Shown here piece after piece: positions 24,809 through 35,299 of a DNA stretch of 64,000 nt (within the stretch, counting starts at the first letter, position 1; each line of letters opens with the position of its first letter). Under the pieces are notes generated by a model. It saw only the letters and a program-made list of their open reading frames with translations, was not told the DNA's origin and did not search any database. The translations under genes were made by a program, and so were the position numbers. The stretch lies in contig NC_058368.1 in NCBI RefSeq assembly GCF_018350175.1, positions 142,540,001 through 142,604,000 of the forward strand. Reading direction: 5' to 3'. The DNA comes from Felis catus. Taxonomy: Eukaryota.

Positions 24809-25711
24809 GGGTCTTCACATTTTCAGTTTGTTTGCTTCGTATTCATGCTTTTCTTGAATTTTGAGCTTTGCTTTTTCCCTGGATAGGAATCGCAAAATCC
24901 TAAGACTGATTATTAAATAATAACAGCAAAACCTCAATAAATCCAAGAATTTTATAAGTATGGACCACAAGAGATTCTGCAGTATCTCCCAGATCCCAGG
25001 AAAATGGAGAAAGAGTAATAGCAAAATGCCTTTGATCCCTTCAGTAGGAAAGTTTCAATATGAGCCAAGTCCTAGGCTTTAAATATTGTTGTGCATTAGT
25101 CACAACATAGAAACATGTGTTTACAGTCCTGAAACTGAAATGGAAAAGTAACAAAAATGTGCTTCTAGGAGACTTCATTAGACTTATTTGTGTGTGGGAA
25201 ATCATGTAAAAGCCCAACACAATATTTGTGAATAAAACCTCTAATGACTGAATCCTATCTACTACTCCCTTCTATGCTTTTAGGAAAAAAATTGCTTTTC
25301 TGCAAATTAGACCAAAACACCACCACAGATGAACAATCAGAAATAAGGCATGACTCCTGGTCACTAAAGAGAGATTCCATTACCCTGAGAGATCTGGCAT
25401 ACTAAAATTATTAAAAGAGGAAAATGATCTTATAAAAAGTTAGGGTTTTTTTCTTCTCATTAATCTTCAGCACCCTGGTTCAGTTCTAGTCAAGCATTGT
25501 CATGGCTTGGATCAAGGCCATAGAATATTCTGCGGGTTTGAGATTGAAATTCATCCCTCCGAGTGCCAATTTTTTTTTTAGGATGCCAGGTTACCTCCCA
25601 TTTCCTTCTTTTATGTGCAGAAAAATCCCAAACACCCCAGGGTGTCATCCTAATCACATTTAATGACTGGTAATATCACCATGCAATTAACTTAAGGAAT
25701 TGTTTTCACGG

Positions 25712-25750
25712 ATCACTTCTTCTCGGCCTTTTGGCTAAGATCAAGTGTAG
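25712..25750 (+). pseudogene. RNU2: U2 snRNA 5'-fragment retropseudogene (tailless)
   Basis: atcacttcttctcggccttttggctaagatcaagtgtag corresponds to U2 nt 1-36 with one substitution and a 3-nt duplication; TSD aggaattgttttcaYgg at 25695-25711 and 25749-25765. Confidence 0.95.
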
Positions 25751-25894
25751 GAATTGTTTTCATGGAAAACTAAACTAGAAGGAATAACCCAGAACATCGT
25801 GAAAATGATAAATAAGGGGAAGTAGACTACCAGGTATTAAAATACATCACGTGGCTACGATTCCTAAAACTGTGGGGAGAAAAAAATGAACTGT

Positions 25895-26570
25895 TGCCAG
25901 AGCTGGAGCTGCCCGACAGCCACCAGACTGAGCAGCTGGGGTCCAGACAGGAGTCCCCAGATCTGCTACATCCTCAACCAAGACCGCATGGGCAAGATGC
26001 ACCTGGCCACATGGTACATGCAGTTCGATGACGATGAGGAACGGGTTGAATGAGGAGATGCTCGCGTAACCGCCGTGCGAGATCAATGACACCAACCTGG
26101 TGGAGGTCTGCATTTCTAGATCACTTCCCAATGCTAGGCAATCCACAACTTCATGGAGGTCTTAAAGGAGTATTTCCACAATGTCTGTGAACTGGACCTG
26201 GTGTTCAACTTCTACAACGTTTACACGGTTGTGGACAAGGTGTTCCTGCCTGGCAAGATCCCAGAGACCACCCAGCAGATGGTGAAACAGCTGCAGACGC
26301 TCCACTCCTTGGGGCGAGGGCAGCCAGCCCCTCCACCCTGGCCACTGGCTCCCTGCTCACCCCCTTTCCAGGTGAGGGCCACCCTGGTGCCCTCCTCAGC
26401 TGCCCAGAAGGAAGGCACCGACTGGGCCTGGGCCACCGGGGAGAAGACTGCACCCCACTGCCTCTGGGCACAGCCTCGGGCAGAAGCCACCTCGTGGGCA
26501 CTGAGTAACCATGCAGTTGTTGGGTGACATCGTGAGTGCATGTGTGGAACCCCCAATAAATCTGTAGTCC
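25895..26570 (+). pseudogene. AP2S1: Processed pseudogene of AP-2 complex subunit sigma
   Basis: Intronless. Encodes GKMHLATWYMQFDDDE and [27 protein letters not shown] (parent LAKWYMQFDDDE / [27 protein letters not shown]). ATG lost at ~25958, frameshifts, internal deletion near 26136, stop changed to CGA at 26315, AATAAA at 26555-26560. Confidence 0.95.
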
Positions 26571-26807
26571 CATCAAAGACACATGGAACTATCACATAAA
26601 CACCCACATGAATGAATGGGACAGAAGAACAAGACAAAAATGAGACAAATCTTATGAATGTGACATGACATAGGTAACATTTTAAGTCAACTGGATACCT
26701 TTTGGAAAAAGGACCTTGAATCCCTTCTTCACAACTTAAAGTAAAAATACTAATCTAATACTGAAAATGCATCAAAGGGAAACATGTAAAAACACAAAGC
26801 AAGCTAA

Positions 26808-26891
26808 GTAGCCCTATCAACAATAGCCCAAGTATTGAAAGAGCCCAAATGTCCATTGACAGATGAATGGATAAAGAAGATGTGGTACATA

Positions 26892-26936
<45 letters not shown>

Positions 26937-27380
26937 CAATGAAGTATTACTTGGTGAGCAAAAAGGATCAAATCTTGCCATTTGCAACTACATGGATGGA
27001 ACTGGAGGATATTATGCTAAGTGAAATTAGTCAGAGAAAGACATGTATCATATGACTTCACTTGTATGAGGAATTTAAGATAGAAAAAAGATGAACATAA
27101 GGGAAGGGAAGCAAAAATAATATAAAAACAGGGAGGGGGACAAAACATAAGAGACTCTTAAATACAGAGAACAAACTGAGGGTTACTGGAGGGGTTGTGG
27201 ATGGGGCGTGGACTAAAGGTCCACCCTTTAGTGGGCATTAGGGAGGACACTTGTTGGGATGAGTGCTGGGTGTTATACACAGGGGATGGATCACTGAAAT
27301 CTACTCCTGAAATCATTATAGCATTATATGCTAACTAACTTGGATATAAATTTAAAAATAAATAATAAATTAAAAAAAAA
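26808..27380 (+). mobile_element. 5'-truncated carnivore/felid L1 3' end
   Basis: ILPFATTWMELEDIMLSEISQ motif, carnivore L1 3'UTR, poly(A); TSD aaagcaagctaa at 26796-26807 and 27381-27392. Confidence 0.95.
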
Positions 27381-27800
27381 AAAGCAAGCTAAACACACAT
27401 ACACAGGAGTAGAGAACATGAAAAAACTTTTATAATTTCAGAGTGATACAGGCCTTTCCAAGCATGACAGAAAATACAGAAGGCTAAAAGACGAATTTCA
27501 CTACAGAAAAATACATTTTTTCATGAAAAAGCTATCATAAACAAAGTCAAATGGTGAATAAACTGAGATAATGTTCACAACTCACATCACAGACAAAAGA
27601 TTGGTTAACCCTTCACACATTGAGTTAACTGATAGAAAAATGGGTGAAAACCAATAGAAAACCAACAGAAAAATGAGCAAAGGCTATAAAGACAATTAGC
27701 CAAAGAAAAAGCAGACCGCAAAATATATTTACCTCACTTATAATAAGAGGAATGTAAGTTAAAAGTATAATCTCACTACATTCAGAAAGAAGTTTATTTT

Positions 27801-27983
27801 ATATTAATGTTTATTTATTTGGGGGAGGGGTGGAAGGGCAGACAGAGAGGGGGGGGGACAGAGGATCCAAAGTAGGCTCCTCACTGACAGTAGAGAGCCA
27901 GACCTGGAGCTTGAACACATGAACTTTGAGATCATGACCGGAGCTGCAGTCAGACACTCAAGTGAATGAGCCACTCAGGCAAC
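27801..27983 (-). mobile_element. CanSINE within old L1 sequence
   Basis: 19-bp TSD tcagaaagaagtttatttt at 27782 and 27984. Confidence 0.9.
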
Positions 27984-28205
27984 TCAGAAAGAAGTTTATT
28001 TTGAAATAGAAAGCCATGCTTTACTCGTCAGACTGGCAAGGTACAGAGCTTGAACGTATATTCAATATATTCTTTGTACAAGGTGAATGACACTCTTCCC
28101 ATCAAGATGGAGCTCTCTCCTCAGCACCTCCTCCCCTTGCCTCTGGGTGGGTTTGTTATTCTTCAGAAGAATGGTGTGTAGAAGGGATGTCATGTGACGT
28201 GTAAG

Positions 28206-28477
28206 CAGGGCCAGGACCAAGGTGAGGCAAGAAATATGCCAGGTCCCAAAATGTAAAAAAGCACTCATCCTCGGGGCACCTGGGTGGCTTAGTCAGTTAA
28301 GCATTTGACTTCGGTCCAGGTCATGATCTCCCAGTTCGTGAGTGCTGCCCCAGGTTGGGCTCTGTGCTAACAGCCCTGAGCCTGGAGCCTGCTTCAGATT
28401 CTGTGTCTCCCTCTCTCTGCCCCTCCCCCTCCTCCACTCATGCTCTCTCTCTCTCTCAAAAATAAATAAACATTAAA

Positions 28478-28528
<51 letters not shown>

Positions 28529-28625
28529 CAAGCACTCATTCTCAATGTTGTGCCAATGCAGGGTCAGCCTTAAAAAAAGAATGCCTCCTTAAATTCTATG
28601 CCCTGGGCACCTATCTTGCCTCTTG
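28206..28625. mobile_element. MER96-like hAT MITE interrupted by a CanSINE (28273-28528, (GAAA)n tail)
   Basis: cagggccaggaccaaggtgaggcaag...tgcagggtcagc...tgcctccttaaattctatgccctgggcacct; SINE TSD aagcactcatYctc. Confidence 0.75.
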
Positions 28626-28629
28626 TTTC

Positions 28630-28960
28630 CAAAGAAGTCTGGCCACCCTGATGCCACCAGGCTAGAGTAACTATGTGGAAAGACCACAAAAGGGTAGAAA
28701 GAGACATTTCAGTGGACCCAGCAATTTCATTGCCCAACGATTTGGCTCCACCCAGTCCTTCACCAGACACAGGACTGAGGAAGTCTTCAAAATGACGCCA
28801 GCCCCCACTGCCATCTGAACATAACATTCTGAAGGATCCCAAACCAGAACAACCCAGCCAAGTCATTCCTCGGCTGGACCCACAGAAACTGAAAGAAATT
28901 ATTATTGTTGTTTGAAGCCACTAAGTTTTGGGGTGATTTGTTATGCAGTAACAGTTACAG
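28630..28960 (+). mobile_element. MLT1 (MaLR) LTR 3' part
   Basis: ttgtttgaagccactaagttttggggtgatttgttatgcagtaa. Confidence 0.7.
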
Positions 28961-29114
28961 ATTTTATAGATAATATAGGCACTCTTAGTGTTGGCTGGTG
29001 GTAGATTAAATTGGTACATTTTCTATGGAGATGAGCGCTCTACTAATGTTTAATCAAAATAATACATACACAGGACTTTTGCCCAGACATCCCACTTTTA
29101 GAAGTTTCCCAACA

Positions 29115-29328
29115 GGGGTGCCTGGGTGGCTCAGTCGGTTGAGCGTCAGACTTCGGCTCAGGTCATGATCTCACCGCTCCTGAGTTCCAGCCCCGCGTCA
29201 GGCTCTGTGCTGACAGCTCGGAGCCTGGAGGCTGCTTTGGATTCTGTGTCTCCCTCTCTCTCTGCACCTAACCCACTCGCATTCTGTCTCTGTCTCTCTC
29301 AAAAATAAATAAACATTAAAAAAAAAAA
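29115..29328 (+). mobile_element. Felid CanSINE
   Basis: TSD agaagtttcccaaca on both sides. Confidence 0.95.
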
Positions 29329-29404
29329 GAAGTTTCCCAACAAATCCATTCACACAGATGCAAAGTCATACATGAACAACACATTTATCTCAGTATTATT
29401 TTAT

Positions 29405-29629
29405 TTTATTTAAAAAAAATTTTTTTTTCAACATTTATTTTTTTAGGACAGAGAGAGACAGAGCATGAACGGGGGAGGGGCAGAGAGAGAGGGGGACACA
29501 GAATCGGAAACAGGCTCCAGGCTCCGAGCCATCAGCCCAGAGCCTGACGCGGGGCTCGAACTCACGGACCGCGAGATCGCGACCTGGCTGAAGTCGGACA
29601 CTTAACCGACTGCGCCACCCAGGCGCCCC
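29405..29629 (-). mobile_element. Young felid CanSINE
   Basis: CpG-rich, ends gactgcgccacccaggcgcccc; TSD atctcagtattatttta. Confidence 0.95.
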
Positions 29630-30124
29630 AAATCTCAGTATTATTTTAATAGAAATGATTGGAAATAACCTAAAAGGCTATCAATTTGGGCATGTTTAAG
29701 CCAAATGTAACATTCAATAAAATATTGTTCAGTCCAACAAACGTGATTGTTCACATGATGGCATGAAAAAAAATCTCCAGTGTAATTTCTAAGCAAAACA
29801 GTAACAGAATAGTAAGGCGCAATGCAACGTGTAAAGTGGCAGTTGCAAAAGAGGAAGAAGTATATCCGTTGATAATTGCATGAATATGCACAGATTATCT
29901 TTGCGAATTTCACAGGAAACTGTCACACCCATTCCCTGGAGAAAAGAACTGATGGCTGACAGACAAGAGTGGGAGGGCAAAGGTTTACTATATACCCTTT
30001 AATGTCTTTTAATTTTATTCCAGTGAACATATTACCGAATCATAAGTAAATAAAATTAACTTAATAAAAAGAAAAGAAATTTCTGACAGTTCTTGAACAC
30101 TGTCGATGTTTTTAGATATTGGTG

Positions 30125-31330
30125 CTGGATCTTCAAAGTGAGGTACATGTAGCCCTGAGCATCAGGAAGATTTTCTTTCAGGGTGTATATTTGTGGGTTA
30201 GAGGCGAAGGGAATCAGTTTCCAGATTTATGAGCACAGGGGCTCTTGCCTGAAATTCATTTGCCTGGGAAAGTCCCTTGCCTGGCTGGTTCTACTTTTCT
30301 CACTTCCTCTCTTCTAGCCTTTTTTCTCTCACTTTTGACAAAAGGCAGGAATACTTCCCACCTGTCCTGTACTGCATTCTGGGTGTTGCTCCAGAGAGGA
30401 AAGACCCCAGGGATTCCAAACTAGGGAACAGTTCAAAATATTGGCATTGCTTTTGAGAAAGTGAACAACTTTAAAGATTGGGAAATAAATTCTTTAGTAA
30501 GTCCAATTCTTGCAAAAGCTAGTTTCCAAGTTTTTACTTTCCAAAAAGGTGAAAGTGAAACTATTGTCAGCTGATAGCACATTAAAAATTATTTTTGAGG
30601 GGCACCTGGGTGGTTCAGTCAGCTGAGCATCTGACTCTTGATTTCTGCTCAGGTCGTGATCCCAGGGTGGTGGGACCAAGCCCTGTGTAGGGCTCCACAC
30701 TGAGCGTGGAGCCTGCTTAAGATTCTCTCTCTGTCTCTCTCTCCCTCCACCCCTCTTGCTCACTCACACTCTTATTCTCTAAAATAAAAAAATTTTAAAA
30801 ATGTATTTTGATAATGGACTACTGGCTCATTTTTTACCTATAACTCTGGACTTCAGAGAAATGAAGGACATTGCTAGAAGAAAAGTCCTTTCATTGCTTA
30901 TTTATATAAATAATGCTTCTCAGCACTGACGTTTGAAAAATAAAAAAGGTAATACAATTGATACAGTAAATTATACTCAGCCAAAAATAACTGAACTTGC
31001 TTAAAAACCAAAGCAGCCCTATCCATCTTACTAAGTGATATATTTCCAGTGAAATTTTACTTTCATGGTTAATGATTATAGTTGGTGAAAACAATTATAG
31101 TGACAGGACCACCTTAAGTTTTCTTTCTTTTTTTACCCTTAGAGCTTTACAGTCACAAGAATTTTTTTCTAATTTCAATTTGTTCACATACTTTTGTTGA
31201 AATATGATAGGATAATTAAAAAAAAAAGATTTTCAAGCATATAGACATCAGAAGTGAAATTCTTTGGGTGATGTATAATGAAATTAGCCTAATGTAAAAA
31301 GGAAACAATGTAAAATCTCTATGTACTAAA
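30125..31330. mobile_element. Charlie-type hAT transposon remnant (contains a CanSINE at 30599-30802)
   Basis: tcaaagtgaggtacatg start; ttatttat...ttctcagcactgac...aaaaataaaaaaggtaatacaattgat...atccatcttactaag...atttccagtgaaattttacttt resembles the Charlie7-like transposase end. Confidence 0.5.
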
Positions 31331-31335
31331 GAATA

Positions 31336-31571
31336 ATTTTTTTAATTTAGAGTGTGCGCATGTATGCACACACATGCGAGCAGGGAAGGGGCAGAGAGAC
31401 AGGGACCGAGTATCCGAAGCTCCGAAGAGGGCTCTGTGCTGACAGCAGACAGCCTGATGTAGGGCTTGAATGCACAAAACACAGGATCATGACCTTAGCC
31501 AATCACAAACCGTGAGATCAAGACCTGAACCAAAGTTTGATGCTTAACCGAGTGAGCCACCCAGGAGCCCC
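31336..31571 (-). mobile_element. CanSINE with short internal duplications
   Basis: Ends tgagccacccaggagcccc; tccgaag and cacaaa...gatcaRgacct segments each appear twice. Confidence 0.85.
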
Positions 31572-32576
31572 AGAGACACTGGCATCTTCTTAACTTTGCT
31601 TTGATAGCTCTGCAGTCTCTTTTTCTCAACCTAGATGTGCCTTCCAGCTTTGCTCAAATTCATTCAGCAGCAAGCAGAGTTACCACATAACTTCTTTTTC
31701 AAATTAGCATACATTTGAAAGGGGGTGGGGGTAAGTACATGAATTAATAATTATGCTAGAGAAACAGACAGACACCAGAACGATCCGGGACATATGGTCA
31801 CCATAGCTACAGGGCTCCTGGTGAAGGGGAAGGAAGGAGAATGCTGCTCAAAATGTTGGGTTGGACATTGGGACTGTTAGAGCAGTGGATAGATCAGGGA
31901 GATCTGGCCCAGAATTGAGTGATAAGGCCTAAATGAGAGGAAAAAATGTATAGATAATTAATGTCTGTTGTGTTGCTTTGGTCTAACATCCAAGCTACCT
32001 GCATGCAAAATCAGCAGCTATTCACTGGATGTGATTCAGGGCGTCCAAAAAAATCCAGAAATACACATATGTGACCAATGACTTCTGCAGTAACTGATAG
32101 CCCCCAAACTAGTTATTGCTTAGGCCTTCTGGACACTAGTTCATTTTTCTGGGGTGGTATAACTTGGTGGGAATATCATAAAGGCATCCTTCTTTACCTT
32201 ACAGGGAAGAATGATGATAACATGGGTCACAGGACAGGTAAGTTTTGAAGTAGGGACTAGAGCTGACATAGTAAAAGATCCAGAACATAAGCACTGAACA
32301 AAGTTTGTTGGGAGGAAGCAGCTATGGCCTCTGGGACAGGCATTCAGTATGGCACAATCACCCTTCCTACAACCTCGTTTAACCCTTCCTACAACCACAT
32401 AAGTGGGCATAGTCTTCCCTGCTTTACTCAGGATGTTATGCCCAGATGGTCTGTAACCCCTCTGAAATTTCTTTGAAAGATAATTACAGGACATAGATTG
32501 TGCCAGAAATCAAAAGAATAACATCTTGTATTCACACAGTTCTCTGTGTTGACAAATGCTTTCACATGCATTATGT

Positions 32577-33165
32577 TGTAACAGGGAGAAACGTGGCATG
32601 TCTGACTCCATATTGCTTCTATTTCCCCTGCTGCTGTGACCTATAGCTTAAGGAACTTTTGATTAGCCCTGCACATAGGTATGTTAATCATGGAAGGAAT
32701 TTTGCTTACAGATGAGATTTGCCAAAAACTGCTTTTGTACCTGAAACCTACCTGACATGAGGAGATAAGGCAGTACAAACTTTTTTACCTGAAACCTACC
32801 TCACTCGAGGAGATAAGGAAGGACAGCCGTGACTGTTATGTTTAAGATTTACAGGAAAGACATGACCAGATTCCTGTATGCAAAGATCCACGGACCAAAA
32901 GATAAGGTTGCATGCCCTTCCTCAGGTGTCTACAGCCATCAGTTACTTTTTGACTCCAACCCCCTCGTGCCTCCCCCTCTTCCTAACATAAAAGCAGCTC
33001 CAATTCCACGCTGTGGGGGGCTGGATCATTGGGACAGTAGTCTGCCATATCCTCAGTGTGCTGCCTTTCTGAGTCAAGTGCTTTCCTTGACTCCATATTG
33101 CATCCTGACTTATGGCGAGCAGACCAGCTGAGACTCTGTCAGAATTTGATCCAGACTTGGTAAGA
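32577..33165 (+). mobile_element. Solo ERV LTR (ERV1-like) inserted into a MIR
   Basis: Starts TGTAACA, ends ggtaaga; U3 direct repeats tacctgaaacctacct..gaggagataagg x2; cataaaa TATA-like box at ~32987; MIR-like halves on both sides. Confidence 0.7.
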
Positions 33166-33499
33166 GCCTCATGGAAATGACTGGCTAAATATCATGAGGA
33201 TTGCTTTACAATGAACACAACTGAGACCCATACTTCATGTGTCCTGACTTTGGGTTTAGTGGTTTGGTGCTTTTCCTATAGGCTACAGAGCTCTATGCAG
33301 TTTATGAGATCAGTCCTGACAAATTTCCTTGGCCTTCTAAGAAGGATAATTGGATCCCTTCAGTCATGCATATTGAGAAAATATTCACTTACAATTGGAC
33401 CAACATGCAATCTACCAAGGCCTCTAGGTTCCTAAAAACCTGATTCCTGCCCATCCTAGGGTGCCCTCCTTTCTAGTCTTTGATGATAGCAAATCCTTT

Positions 33500-33850
33500 C
33501 CCACTGGTTATTCCCTCTGCCTGAACTTCCTTCTCCCCAGATCTTTACATGACTGACTTATTCACATGCCTCAGGCCAAGGCTGATTGCTTTAGACTCTC
33601 CTTTACCCTCTTATCTGAAGTGGCCTTCTTGATTACTCTCTCTCTCATCATCCTGCTATTTCCTGGGATGCACAGCACAACCTACAATTCTCTTGCCTAT
33701 TTATTATGTACTTTCATCATGTTTTCTCCACTAGAACAGAAGTCCCATGAGGCAAAGACCAAGTCTGACTTTTAATTGCTCTATTCCCAGGGCTGATACT
33801 TAGGACATACTCAACAAATGCAATGCCATTTCATGAATAAAAATGAATAA
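33500..33850 (+). mobile_element. L2 3' end
   Basis: ttccctctgcctgaac...ccactagaacagaagtcccatgaggcaaagac...actcaacaaat...tgaataaaaatgaat. Confidence 0.7.
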
Positions 33851-35299
33851 GCAACTTCAACTGAGGATGCTTGACCTAGGTCTGTGGCCTACGGGCATTT
33901 CTCCCACGGATAACAAGAGTTCATTCAGGAAAGCTATAATCAGTCACCCACCCACCTGTGACGGAAGTGAGCCATTGCCATTATCTACTTGAAAGGATCT
34001 TCTAATCTGCAGGCCTCAGGAAAGGGAGTATCAAGAACATATTGGGCAAACTTGTCACATCCAAATCCTCCGATCTATGTATAAAGTGCTTGATTTTTAA
34101 AAAAAGCAAATCCCATATGCTCTCATCCAATAGCAAAGTCATGAGGAATCATAGCATATAGGATTATTTAAATGAAAATTATATCAAGCAAAAAAACACT
34201 CGTTAATCTGTTTTGACAAAATGCCGAGCTCAAGCTTGGGAATTATTCAATCACAAGAGATTCCTGAGGCTCCAGGGCACATAATCTGAGAGCAACGTCA
34301 CTGGACTCTGGTCATCTCAGACCTTAAATGCCGTTGCTTGTTTAATAAAAAAGAAAAAAAATGGACTTTTCCTGCTATCTTCTGACCATGATGCTGGTTC
34401 CTTTAAAGCAATGATTTCTCAGGATTCTGGCACAAGATAGCAATCAGAGGGGAAGGAGATAAAAACTCTATGGAAAGGAGGAAAAATCTTAGAAATACCG
34501 AATAGAAAAAAAATTCAAGACTAATTTTTTTTTCAAGGGCCAAAACATTTTCAGATGTCCCCTAGAAGAACAGAGGCCAATCCAGAATTTATGTAATTCT
34601 ACATTAATATATTTTTACCCTGTGAGCATATATGCAAAATAAATTAAAAAATTACAATTGAAGACGGGAAATGGAGAAAGATCTCCTAACAGCTTACTTT
34701 ATATCATAATAAAAAACCTAAAAATTCCCAAATTGTCATTATAATTTTGCAATTTCCCTCATAGACGCTAAAGTAGAGAAAGTAATTTTTATACTCTAAT
34801 ATTGGTATAGAAATGGAATATATCACCCTGGAAGCAAGATATACATTTTTAGCCCTAGTTATATAATGGTGTAATGTCATTAAGTAGATTCTGTAACTCA
34901 TTTTTTTTAATAACTTAGATTTTAGTAATGATAGACTTATCAATTTAAACCAATCTACCCACTGAGGAAAATTAGAGGAATTTTTCAGCAGAATATTAGA
35001 AATGTCTGTCTGAAGACATCTGAGAACTCTAAAGATAGTAAAGAATCCCCAGGCTGGAGGATAGAGGTACAGGGAGGTGACCCAACATGTGGAGATGATT
35101 TTTTCCTGGGGACTTTTGCCAACTCTGAAAGAAGAGGTTGAGAGGCTATAAGTTGCTTTTGACAGCCATATTGGGCTAGGCACCCCACCAAGGGGATCTC
35201 TGGTGAGCTACAAATTGAGACCCTGAGGGATCACTCTAGGAAAAAGGGTGGATTAGGTTTATAAAGCTTTATAAAGATTAAATCTCTACTTCAAATGAC

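Noticed and set aside
25712..25750. Functional U2 snRNA gene
   Set aside because: Only ~36 of ~190 nt, no Sm site, flanked by a TSD.
26100..26150. Internal gap in the AP2S1 copy as the exon-skipped short isoform
   Set aside because: Sequence on both sides of the gap (FKII-like and AIHNF-like codons) belongs to the exon that, from memory, is skipped in that isoform. The gap therefore looks like a genomic deletion.
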